From NCBI GenBank assembly GCA_049659625.1, contig JBASPX010000049.1, positions 12,060 through 76,059 of the forward strand: a stretch of DNA of 64,000 bases. Direction: 5' to 3'. This stretch comes from Candidatus Saccharicenans sp. (GTDB lineage Bacteria > Acidobacteriota > Aminicenantia > Aminicenantales > Saccharicenantaceae). The notes under the pieces are model-generated. The model did no database searches. It saw nothing but the letters and a program-made list of their open reading frames with translations, and had not been told where the DNA came from. This document shows, one piece after another, positions 37,576 through 46,418 of the stretch. The first letter of the stretch is position 1. Each line of letters starts with the position of its first letter. Made by a program: the position numbers and the translations under genes.

Positions 37576-38889
37576 TCAGTCGTAATATTCCAGTCCGAGA
37601 TGCGTGATCAGCTCTTCGCCTTTCATGTAGCGCAGGGTGTTTTTAAGCTTCATCAGCTGGATGAAAAGGTCATGTTCCGGATAGAGCTCGGGAGCGCACA
37701 TCGGAGATTTGAAATAAAAGCTCAGCCATTCCTGAATTCCGCGGAAACCGGCTCGCTGGGCCAGGTCGATGAAAAGAACCAGGTCGAGCACCACCGGCGC
37801 TGCCAGAATGCTGTCACGGCAGAGGAAGTTTATCTTGATCTGCATCGGATAACCGAGCCAGCCGAAAATGTCGATGTTATCCCAGCTTTCCTTATTGTCT
37901 CCGCGCGGCGGATAGTAATTGATGCGAACTTTATGATAGTAATTTCCGTAAAGCTCCGGATAGAGCTCGGGTTGGAGGATGTACTCAAGAACGCTCAGCT
38001 TGCTCTCTTCTTTAGTCTTAAAAGATTCAGGATCATCCAGCACCTCGCCATCCCTGTTACCCAGAATATTCGTGGAGAACCAGCCGTTCAGACCAAGCAA
38101 CCGGGCTTTCAGACCGGGAGCGATGATGGTTTTCATCAGGGTCTGGCCGGTTTTGAAGTCCTTTCCGGCAATCGGCACATTATTGGCTTTAGCCAGTTCC
38201 ACCATCGCCGGGATATCAACTGTTAAGTTGGGCGCGCCGTTGACAAAAGGAACTCCCGATTTTATGGCGGCATAAGCATAGATCATGCTCGGAGCTATAG
38301 CCGGATGGTTTTCCTTCATAGCCTTTTCCAGAGCCTCGACTGATTGATGCACCGGATCAGGCTTTAAATAAACTTCTGTGCTGGCACACCAGATCATCAC
38401 CAGCCGCTTCAGGGAATTTTCTTCCTTGAATTTTCTGATATCTTCCATCAGCTGAAAGGCCAGGTCGTATTTCGTGGCTCCGGACTTTTTGTTTGGCCCA
38501 TCGAGTTTTTTTACATAATTTTTATCGAACACCGCCGGAAGCGGCTTTATCTTTTCCATCTCTTCCCTGATGGGCTCCAGATGCTCTTTTCTAAGAACCC
38601 CGGCCTTAAGGGCAGCTTCGTAGGCGTTATCGGGGAAAATATCCCAGCCGGTAAACACCAGGTCATCCAGCTCGGCCAGCTCCACAAAATCTTTTATCCT
38701 GGGAACGCGTTTTTCCGTCCTTTTCCCGAGCCTGATCGTCCCCATCTGGGTAAGAGAACCGAAGGGGCGACCGAGACCTTTCCTCACCAGAAGAACACCG
38801 GCAATGAAGGTAGTAGCCACTGCCCCCAGTCCGGGTATCATCACCCCGAGCTTGCCTTCGGGCTTTTTAATATCAATTTTCTTTTCCAT
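37576..38889 (-). CDS. ino1: myo-Inositol-1-phosphate (inositol-3-phosphate) synthase
   Basis: 437 aa. Rossmann-type GLGAVATTFIAG, NGAPN, STNILGNRDG, SILAAPVVLDLV. Confidence 0.9.
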   Translation of the reverse strand: MEKKIDIKKPEGKLGVMIPGLGAVATTFIAGVLLVRKGLGRPFGSLTQMGTIRLGKRTEKRVPRIKDFVELAELDDLVFTGWDIFPDNAYEAALKAGVLRKEHLEPIREEMEKIKPLPAVFDKNYVKKLDGPNKKSGATKYDLAFQLMEDIRKFKEENSLKRLVMIWCASTEVYLKPDPVHQSVEALEKAMKENHPAIAPSMIYAYAAIKSGVPFVNGAPNLTVDIPAMVELAKANNVPIAGKDFKTGQTLMKTIIAPGLKARLLGLNGWFSTNILGNRDGEVLDDPESFKTKEESKLSVLEYILQPELYPELYGNYYHKVRINYYPPRGDNKESWDNIDIFGWLGYPMQIKINFLCRDSILAAPVVLDLVLFIDLAQRAGFRGIQEWLSFYFKSPMCAPELYPEHDLFIQLMKLKNTLRYMKGEELITHLGLEYYD

Positions 38890-39134
38890 CTTTAACTCCT
38901 TTCAACAAACGCTTTAATAAATGTTATAAGCATCTTCATGCCATTGTGTTTTTAAGGTTATCACATTGATTTCTCCGGTTCAAGAAAAGCATTTTTTCAA
39001 GGCTCTCCAGATTGCTGACTGATAATTCCAGAAATTAAAATTTACGCATTCCTGTTCATTGAGAGTTTCAACCATGTAACCACCAGCCGGATGCGGTAAA
39101 CTCAGTTTAGCCTCCAGGAGGCCAGTTTCCTTAT

Positions 39135-39163
39135 TTGATTTATTCCAGGGAAAAAATTATAAT
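39135..39163 (+). promoter_or_regulatory. Near-consensus sigma-70 promoter TTGATT-17 nt-TATAAT abutting the start codon of the CDP-alcohol phosphatidyltransferase gene
   Basis: -35 at 39135..39140 and -10 at 39158..39163. Only 9 nt separate the -10 from ATG 39173, and there is no SD. Confidence 0.5.
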
Positions 39164-39172
39164 TTTCGGGCA

Positions 39173-39814
39173 ATGGTGAATTATGAAAACAGAGGATTCC
39201 GCTTACTGCCGAAAAAATTAATCATTTTCGTTCTGGAAATTTTCAACCGTTTTTCCCTCCTGCTGGTGAAATTTAAGCTCCATCCAAATCTCCTCAGTTT
39301 TCTGGGACTGGTTGCGGGCCTTATGGTTGGTCTATTTTTTGCCCTCGGGAACTGGGGTGTGGCGCTGGTGTTTCTGCTGCTCTGTGGAATTCTGGACATT
39401 CTCGACGGCAAGGTTGCCAGTAACAGCAACCGCCGCTCAATTTTTGGAGCGGTCCTTGACTCCAGTCTCGACCGTTATTCAGAATTTGCCATCTATTTAG
39501 GGCTGGGTTTTTATTTCCGCCATCACTGGATCCTCTGGGTGCTGGCTCTGGCTTTCCTCGGCTCCACCATGGTCAGCTACACCAAAGCCAGAGCTGAAAG
39601 TCTCGGAATAAATTGCCAGCTGGGAATCATGCAACGAGCCGAAAGAATGGTGCTTCTTATTCTCGGTACTCTCCTGACGCTGATTATCGGCCACAGGGAA
39701 GCGGTGATGGTCGTCGTCATCATCTTCCTGGCGGCTGTTTCCAACCTGACAGCCATTCAGAGAATTCTCCACGTCTACCATACTGAAAAAAAGAAACAAA
39801 CCTCCACCGAATGA
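39173..39814 (+). CDS. CDP-alcohol phosphatidyltransferase, phosphatidylinositol-phosphate synthase-like
   Basis: 213 aa, polytopic. The motif DILDGKVASNSNRRSIFGAVLDSSLDRYSE has D1xxD4G5xxA8(R9->S)x8G18xxxD22xxxD26 spacing. FGAVLDxxxDRxSE resembles actinobacterial/archaeal PIP/AIP synthases. Confidence 0.8.
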   Translation: MVNYENRGFRLLPKKLIIFVLEIFNRFSLLLVKFKLHPNLLSFLGLVAGLMVGLFFALGNWGVALVFLLLCGILDILDGKVASNSNRRSIFGAVLDSSLDRYSEFAIYLGLGFYFRHHWILWVLALAFLGSTMVSYTKARAESLGINCQLGIMQRAERMVLLILGTLLTLIIGHREAVMVVVIIFLAAVSNLTAIQRILHVYHTEKKKQTSTE

Positions 39815-39843
39815 ACCATTCCAGCTGAATTATTATATGGAGA

Positions 39844-41175
39844 TTATTTCCTGGAGGTCTTTTTCCCCGAAGCCTTGAGTTCGGCCTTTCTCTTCTTTAC
39901 CCATCCCGGCTTCTGAACCTGCCGGGCACGGGCGATGGCCAGCGCTCCAGGTTTGACGTTCTCGGTAATGGTGGAACCGGCAGCTACGTAAGCCCCCCGC
40001 CCCACCCTGACCGGAGCCACAAGCTCTGTGCCCGAGCCGATGAAAGCCTCTCGTCCGATAAAAGTTTTATGCTTGCGCATCCCGTCATAATTGCAGGTTA
40101 TGGTGCCTGCTCCGACGTTAACCTCATCCTCCACCCTGGCATCTCCCAGATAACTCAGATGCATGGCTTTCGACCGGCGACCGAACAGGGTCTTTTTCAT
40201 TTCCACAAAATTTCCCACCCGACTTCCGCGCCGCAATCTGGTCTCAGGCCGCAGACGGGAAAAGGGGCCAACCTGGACTTCATCTTCGATTGTGCTTTCT
40301 TCCATCACCGTCGCTCCGAAAACCTTAACCCTGTGGCCGATTCTGCTGTTAATTATGTGGCAGTGGGGATAGATTAAACAGTCTCGTCCGATTCGACTTT
40401 TACCTTCAACCACCACCCAGGGATAGATGACCGTGCCCCTGCCCACTTTGACTTCAGGATCGATCCAGACCGCGCCGGGGTCCAGGAAAAAAACTCCGCC
40501 TTTCTCAAGTTCAGCGATTTTCAGGTTTCTAAAATGAGCGGCCAGTCTGGCAAAATCTCCCGGAGTGCTTATCTGAAGAAAACTATGGCGGTCGGTTTCT
40601 TCCATCCAGTAAAAACCGAGTTTTCTTTCCTCAGACCAGGCTGCTTCCACCAGCCCTACCACATCGAGCTCCCATCCCGGCTTAAAAGGACGCGCCCGCC
40701 TCAGCCATTTCTGGCCGGCGCTGGCCTTGATCACGGCCAGACCCGGATAGACAAAATAATCTTCTCCGGACCCACCGTTTTCAGGCGCCAGTTTTTCTCC
40801 TGTGAGCGTCAGGTCATTTCCCGATTTCCGGTGGAATTTAAGAACCTTCCTGATCAGGTCTGGCTGAAGAGGAAAAAATTCTCGCGTCATTATGATCAAA
40901 TCACTGGTCGCCGGCCTCCTGCTGACTTTTTCCATCAAGACGGCCACCGGAGCGCCAAGAAGTTCTTCGGGGATTATCTTTATTTTCTTATCTTTAATAC
41001 GCTTTCCCTCCGCTTTCCCGACAGCAGCCAGAACTATCAACTCCGGTCTGAAATTCAGCCAGAAGCCAACCAGATAATCATTTACAGCGGCGGGGGAGAG
41101 AAGCGAAGGCAGTCTGTCGTTCTGTAAACCCGACCCGTCCAGGCCTGCAGCCAGAATCAGAAGCTTATTTGTCAT
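39844..41175 (-). CDS. GlmU-like protein: conserved LbH acetyltransferase domain, divergent N-terminal nucleotidyltransferase domain
   Basis: C-terminus HLSYLGDARVEDEVNVGAGTITCNYDGMRKHKTFIGREAFIGSGTELVAPVRVG is classic GlmU. The N-terminus LILAAGLDGSGLQNDRLPSLL lacks the GxGTR(M/L) signature. The ATGA overlaps the upstream TPR gene. Confidence 0.7.
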   Translation of the reverse strand: MTNKLLILAAGLDGSGLQNDRLPSLLSPAAVNDYLVGFWLNFRPELIVLAAVGKAEGKRIKDKKIKIIPEELLGAPVAVLMEKVSRRPATSDLIIMTREFFPLQPDLIRKVLKFHRKSGNDLTLTGEKLAPENGGSGEDYFVYPGLAVIKASAGQKWLRRARPFKPGWELDVVGLVEAAWSEERKLGFYWMEETDRHSFLQISTPGDFARLAAHFRNLKIAELEKGGVFFLDPGAVWIDPEVKVGRGTVIYPWVVVEGKSRIGRDCLIYPHCHIINSRIGHRVKVFGATVMEESTIEDEVQVGPFSRLRPETRLRRGSRVGNFVEMKKTLFGRRSKAMHLSYLGDARVEDEVNVGAGTITCNYDGMRKHKTFIGREAFIGSGTELVAPVRVGRGAYVAAGSTITENVKPGALAIARARQVQKPGWVKKRKAELKASGKKTSRK

Positions 41176-41690
41176 GAAAAGGTTACCAGAACCTTAAACC
41201 TTTTATCTCCCCAGATCGGCTCAAAATCGGATTCATTCTGAGCCATGATGGCCAGGGATCTGTCTTTTTGAATCGCTTTTTTCAGGGCTTCCAGAGCTTC
41301 ATCCACCTGGCCGCTCTGGACGTAAGCTATAGCCATCAAATAATAAACTTTTGCTTCCTCTTTTTTCAGCTCGAGAGCTTTCTCCAGAAGCTTTAAGGCC
41401 CCCTGATAATCACCCTGGTTGATTCTCATCTGACCATAAAAAAGGTAATCTTCTATCGTCCTGGGTGAGATTGATTCCCTTTTCTGCCCCCTTTCACATA
41501 TGGTAATATAAACACGAGCCCTGTCAACCAGTTCATATTCCTGAGGATAGCTTTCCAGCAATTCCTTAAAACGGGCAAGTGCAGTCTCATGATTGCCCTT
41601 GCGGAATTCTTTTATAGCCTGACCGTAGAGGGCCAGCGCTTTCTGATAATCATCTTTTCTTCTGGCTTCACTCACTGCTATCTCCTGCAC
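41172..41690 (-). CDS. TPR repeat protein
   Basis: 172 aa of tandem TPR-like helices (ALALYGQAIKEFRKGNHETALARFKELLE; YYLMAIAYVQSGQVDEALEALKKAIQ). The start is uncertain: a GTG six codons downstream has a better SD (AGGAG). Confidence 0.65.
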   Translation of the reverse strand: MQEIAVSEARRKDDYQKALALYGQAIKEFRKGNHETALARFKELLESYPQEYELVDRARVYITICERGQKRESISPRTIEDYLFYGQMRINQGDYQGALKLLEKALELKKEEAKVYYLMAIAYVQSGQVDEALEALKKAIQKDRSLAIMAQNESDFEPIWGDKRFKVLVTFS

Positions 41691-41968
41691 ATTCTAACTT
41701 AAGTTTTTGCTATTTTACAACATAGATAGCCGTTAATCAAGCAAACCGGAAAAGCCCGGGTCTCTGTCCCTGAGAAAACCAGGAGCTGCCACCCGATCCC
41801 CTCTCCGTTCGTCTCAAACCACTCCCCGGGTTAGGTTTAATGCGGAGACAACCTCCGTCGAGGCTTGCTTTTAGCTTTCATCCACAAAAAATAAACCCGC
41901 CCCCGCAAGAGGCCGCAAACTTTCCGGCACAGGGTGGCAAAACCCGGAATTTATGCTAAAATTGGTAT

Positions 41969-42712
41969 GTGAAGGCGCTTCTTACGGAAATACTGGCAAA
42001 GCTTTATCAGAAAGAAATCACTCCTGAGGAAGCGCTGGAAAAGCTCTCTCACTTCCCCTACCAGGACCTGGGTTTTGCCAAGGTGGACCATTCCCGCGAA
42101 CTGCGTAAGGGAGCTCCGGAAGTCATCTTCGGTAAGGGGAAAACCCCCGAACAGATCTTAAAAATCGCTTCAGCCATTCTTAAAAAAGGCAGTAATCTAC
42201 TGATTACCCGGCTTTCTCCCGAAGTTTACAAAAAAATAAAACCCAGGCTGAAAAAAGGCGACTACCATCCTCTGGCAAGGTGTCTGACTGTTATTAATTC
42301 CAGACCGGCAAAAGGACGGGGACGGATAGCTGTAATCTCAGCCGGAACCTCCGACATTCCTGTGGCCGAAGAAGCAGCACTTACGGCCGAATTTTTTGGC
42401 AATTCAGTCGATCGCATTTACGACGTCGGAGTCGCCGGTTTACACCGATTGCTCGGGCATTACGAAACAATAAGAGAAGCCAGGGTCCTGGTGGTGGTCG
42501 CCGGAATGGAAGGGGCGTTGCCCAGTGTCGTGGCCGGACTCTTCCGGGCACCGGTAATCGCCGTCCCTACCAGCGTCGGCTACGGAGCAAACTTCCAGGG
42601 ATTATCAGCCCTTCTGGCGATGCTAAATTCATGTCCCGGCGGTGTGGCCGTGGTGAACATAGATAACGGTTTCGGCGCGGGATATCTGGCCAGTTTGATA
42701 AATCATCTATGA
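41969..42712 (+). CDS. larB: LarB (PurE-like, nickel-pincer cofactor biosynthesis carboxylase/hydrolase)
   Basis: 247 aa. GRIAVISAGTSDIPVAEEAALTAEFFG, VVVAGMEGALPSVVAGL, VIAVPTSVGYG. GTG start. Confidence 0.8.
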   Translation: MKALLTEILAKLYQKEITPEEALEKLSHFPYQDLGFAKVDHSRELRKGAPEVIFGKGKTPEQILKIASAILKKGSNLLITRLSPEVYKKIKPRLKKGDYHPLARCLTVINSRPAKGRGRIAVISAGTSDIPVAEEAALTAEFFGNSVDRIYDVGVAGLHRLLGHYETIREARVLVVVAGMEGALPSVVAGLFRAPVIAVPTSVGYGANFQGLSALLAMLNSCPGGVAVVNIDNGFGAGYLASLINHL

Positions 42713-42812
42713 CTTTACTGATGGAAAAAACCAAATTTTCTCCGGCGGGTTGCTTGACAACTGGCGGGGGCAAACCTATTTTATATGAGTCAAACCAATC
42801 CTGAATAGCCTG

Positions 42813-44534
42813 ATGGAGATAATCGAAAAAATCAGGGCAGCCGCTTCAATTGTCGAAATCGCTTCTCAGTACACCACCCTGAAAAAGCGGGGCAGAAAGT
42901 GGGTGGGACTGTGCCCCTTCCATTCTGAAAAAGACCCTTCCTTTACTGTGGACGAAGAAAAGCAGCTCTTCCATTGTTTTGGCTGCGGCATAGGAGGCGA
43001 CCTGTTTTCTCTGGTGATGGAAAAAGAAAATCTGACCTTCCCGGAAGCCGTGCGATTTCTGGCAGAAAAATACAGGATTCCCCTGCCGGAACCCCGTCTT
43101 TCTGCCAGAGAATCCAGGCTGGAAGAAAAGATTTTCGAAATAAACGAAAAAGCTCTGAATTACTTCCGGGATAACCTGCTCAAGACTGCCGAAGGAAAGA
43201 AAGCTCTCGAATATCTCAAATCTCGCGGGTTCAGCGAAGAGACTATAAAAAAATTAAAGCTCGGGTATGCCCTTAATTCCTGGGACGACCTTTTCCAGAA
43301 ATTCAAACAAACCTACAGTCCGGGACTTCTGGAAAAAGCCGGGCTGATAATCCCCGGACAGAAAACCGGGGAATATCGGGACCGCTTCCGCGGCCGGATA
43401 ATATTTCCGATATTCGCCCTCACCGGCCGACCGGTGGCTTTCGGCGGCAGAACGATTTTTGACGCCCAGCCAAAATACCTTAATTCTCCGGAAACCCAGA
43501 GTTTCACCAAGGGAAACATCCTGTACGGGCTTAATTTCACCCGTGACGAAATCAAAAAAGCTGGCGAGATGATCCTGGTCGAAGGCTATGCCGACTTTGC
43601 CGCTCTCTTCCAGGCAGGGATACAGAACGTGGCCGCCTCGATGGGGACGAGTCTCACCCCTCAGCAGGCCGCCCAGATAATACGCTACGCCCCCAGGGTT
43701 ATCATTAATTATGATGGGGATGAAGCCGGCCTGAATGCCGCTCAGCGAGCGATTCCCATCTGCCTGGAAAAAGGGCTCCAGGTAAGAATTCTGGTGCTGC
43801 CGGAAAAACTCGACCCGGATGCCTTCCTGAAAAAGTACGGACCCGAGAAATATCTCAGCCTGGTCAGAAAATCACCAGACTGGTTCCGCTTTCTTGCCCA
43901 CCGGTATTCCAGCGGGGTCAATCTAAATCTTCCAGAAGAGAAAAGCCGGGTGGTCCGGCTTCTGGCGCAGGAAGTCCTGCGTATTCCCGATCCGATTGTG
44001 CGCAACGATTATTTGAAAAAAACCGCAGAGCATTTTCGGGTGGATGAGACCACCCTGAGGCAGATGGTGGAAGAGAAGAGCTCGCCGGCGGCCGGCCGTG
44101 AGGAAGAAAAGGAATTGTTCCTGCCGGCTGAGAAACGACTGCTTCAGCTTCTTTTCAACCAGCCGGAGATAGCCAGCCTGATACTTAACGAAATAGATAT
44201 CGCCTGTTTCCAGGGGCTGGCCAGTGAGCCGGTCTTAAAATACATAACAGAATGCTTCAAGAAAGGAGAAGCCTGGAGCCTGAGTCAGTTCCAGGAAACA
44301 GCCGGGAGCAGGCTGGTCGGTCAGCTCTGCCGGATTCTTCAGGAAGACATTCCGGACGGTTCGATCGGGGAAGCTCTTGACTGTCTTAATACTCTGAAGA
44401 AAAGCAGCCTTCAGAAAAAACTTCAGGAAATTCAGAAGGAAATTGCCCGGGCTGAGAAAAAAGGCGATCAGGAAAGGCTGGTGAGTCTTCTCCGCCAGAA
44501 ACATGAAATCACACTACAGATTTTGACGATATAG
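42813..44534 (+). CDS. dnaG: DNA primase
   Basis: 573 aa. CHC2 zinc finger CPFHSEKDPSFTV...FHCFGCGIGGD and Toprim LVEGYADF...NYDGDEAG. Confidence 0.95.
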   Translation: MEIIEKIRAAASIVEIASQYTTLKKRGRKWVGLCPFHSEKDPSFTVDEEKQLFHCFGCGIGGDLFSLVMEKENLTFPEAVRFLAEKYRIPLPEPRLSARESRLEEKIFEINEKALNYFRDNLLKTAEGKKALEYLKSRGFSEETIKKLKLGYALNSWDDLFQKFKQTYSPGLLEKAGLIIPGQKTGEYRDRFRGRIIFPIFALTGRPVAFGGRTIFDAQPKYLNSPETQSFTKGNILYGLNFTRDEIKKAGEMILVEGYADFAALFQAGIQNVAASMGTSLTPQQAAQIIRYAPRVIINYDGDEAGLNAAQRAIPICLEKGLQVRILVLPEKLDPDAFLKKYGPEKYLSLVRKSPDWFRFLAHRYSSGVNLNLPEEKSRVVRLLAQEVLRIPDPIVRNDYLKKTAEHFRVDETTLRQMVEEKSSPAAGREEEKELFLPAEKRLLQLLFNQPEIASLILNEIDIACFQGLASEPVLKYITECFKKGEAWSLSQFQETAGSRLVGQLCRILQEDIPDGSIGEALDCLNTLKKSSLQKKLQEIQKEIARAEKKGDQERLVSLLRQKHEITLQILTI

Positions 44535-44576
44535 AAATGAATCATAAACTAGAAAAAAACCCGAAGGAGGCTTCCA

Positions 44577-46247
44577 GTGTCTGACGACGAAAAATACTAC
44601 AGCGACGAAATCCTCAGGCTAATTTCCAAAGGAAAACGGCAGGGTTTTCTCTCCTGGGAAGAAATCGACCAGACCCTGGGAGAAGAATTCGGGGCGGGAG
44701 AGGAAATAGACGATTTCCTCAACTCCATGGGCAGTTTCGGGATCAAAATTCTTGATTCCCCCCAGCGCGATTTAATTACTGTTTCGCCCGGGAAAACTGA
44801 GGTTTGCACCCGGGGGCTCGAAAGAACCACCGACCCGGTAAAACTTTATCTCCGGGAAATGGGGAACATTCCTCTGCTTACCCGTGAAGGTGAGATCGCT
44901 CTGGCCAGAGAAATTGAAAGGGGAGAAAAAACTATCATCAAAGCCCTGTCCAAGACCAGACTGGTGATCAACAACCTGCTGGAAATAGAGAAAAAGATTA
45001 AAGAAAATCCGGACTGCCTGCAGGAGTATTTTGATTTCAACGATGAAGAGGTGGCTGAGGAGAAGATCTTCGAAAAACAGCAGGAGGTTCTGGGGCAGAT
45101 CAAAGAAATAAAGGAGCTGGTCAGAAAACTGGAAGCCCTTCCCGCCAGAAAAAAATTTAACATATCGCGCGGCCGGCTGATAATCAAAATAAGCCAGCTT
45201 ATTCGCTCCCTCAACCTGCAGCCCGGCATGCGGGAAATGGTCATAGAGCAGATGAAGGATAAGCTGCGGGAAATCAACGAACTCGAATATCGCCGGGATG
45301 AACTTAAACAACTGCTCGAACGCCGACAGCCGGAGAAAAAGAAGAAAACTTCTTCCCGGAAGAAAGCTCCGGTGCGTTCCCCTCGTGAAAGAAAAGCGAT
45401 CGAGGAAGAAATCAGAAGGATCAACCGGGAGATCGGGAAGATAGAAAAAGAAATCGGTCTCGACTCACAGTCGCTGAAAAAAGCTGTTCGTAACATAATG
45501 ATGGGTAAAAGCATCAGCGAACAGGCGAAAAAGCAGCTGGTCGAAGCCAACCTGCGGCTGGTGGTGTCGATAGCGAAAAAGTACAGCAACCGGGGACTGC
45601 AGTTCCTGGACCTCATCCAGGAAGGAAACATGGGGCTGATGAAGGCCGTGGATAAATTTGAATACCGGCGCGGCTACAAGTTTTCCACCTATGCCACCTG
45701 GTGGATAAGGCAGGCCATCACCAGAGCCATTGCCGACCAGGCGCGAACAATCAGAATACCGGTTCATATGATAGAAACCATCAACAAGCTGGTCCGGGTG
45801 TCACGCCAGCTGGTACAGGAGCTCGGTCGGGAACCCACCTGTGAGGAAATAGCCAGGAAGATGGACATGCCGGTGAGCAAAGTGAGGAAAATCATAAAAG
45901 TAGCTCAGGAACCTATCTCCCTGGAAACCCCGGTCGGAGAGGAAGAAGACAGCCATCTGGGAGATTTCATCGAAGACAAGGTGATGCCCTCTCCTCCAGA
46001 TCAGGTCATGCATCAAAGCCTGAGAGAACATATTGAAGAAGCTCTAAAAACTCTCACCGAGCGGGAAGCCAGAGTGCTGAAAATGCGATTCGGGCTTGGA
46101 GACGGAAACAAGCACACCTTAGAGGAAGTCGGCCAGCAGTTCCGGGTTACTCGAGAAAGAATTCGCCAGATAGAAGCCAAGGCTCTGCGCAAGCTGAAGC
46201 ATCCAACCCGTTCAAAGAAACTGCGGTCGTTCACCAACAGCTTTTGA
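44577..46247 (+). CDS. rpoD: RNA polymerase primary sigma factor
   Basis: 556 aa, GTG start with SD AAGGAGG. Region 2 [32 protein letters not shown]. Region 4.2 [27 protein letters not shown]. Confidence 0.95.
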   Translation: MSDDEKYYSDEILRLISKGKRQGFLSWEEIDQTLGEEFGAGEEIDDFLNSMGSFGIKILDSPQRDLITVSPGKTEVCTRGLERTTDPVKLYLREMGNIPLLTREGEIALAREIERGEKTIIKALSKTRLVINNLLEIEKKIKENPDCLQEYFDFNDEEVAEEKIFEKQQEVLGQIKEIKELVRKLEALPARKKFNISRGRLIIKISQLIRSLNLQPGMREMVIEQMKDKLREINELEYRRDELKQLLERRQPEKKKKTSSRKKAPVRSPRERKAIEEEIRRINREIGKIEKEIGLDSQSLKKAVRNIMMGKSISEQAKKQLVEANLRLVVSIAKKYSNRGLQFLDLIQEGNMGLMKAVDKFEYRRGYKFSTYATWWIRQAITRAIADQARTIRIPVHMIETINKLVRVSRQLVQELGREPTCEEIARKMDMPVSKVRKIIKVAQEPISLETPVGEEEDSHLGDFIEDKVMPSPPDQVMHQSLREHIEEALKTLTEREARVLKMRFGLGDGNKHTLEEVGQQFRVTRERIRQIEAKALRKLKHPTRSKKLRSFTNSF

Positions 46248-46313
46248 CCGGCCTGGAGCGCCGGGCTCCGGTTGATTGACTAACCGCTGATTATCTGGTA
46301 TAAAAACAAAAAA

Positions 46314-46388
46314 GGGCCTATAGCTCAGCGGCAGAGCTACCGGCTCATAACCGGCAGGTCCCAGGTTCGAATCCTGGTAGGCCCACCA
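46314..46388 (+). tRNA. tRNA with CAT anticodon (elongator Met or lysidine-modified Ile2), CCA encoded
   Basis: GGGCCTATAGCTCAGCGGCAGAGCTACCGGCTCATAACCGGCAGGTCCCAGGTTCGAATCCTGGTAGGCCCACCA folds as a clean cloverleaf. It is not an initiator, because pair 1-72 is G-C and the anticodon stem has no GGG/CCC. Confidence 0.9.
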
Positions 46389-46418
46389 GAAAAGCAATTT
46401 GATCGATAGAGAATTAAA

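Noticed and set aside
44846-45631. 261-aa minus-strand ORF (and 179-aa ORF at 44772..45311)
   Set aside because: They are antisense to rpoD. The Ser/Arg/Leu-rich low-complexity products arise from the reverse complement of the Lys/Glu-rich region of sigma-70.
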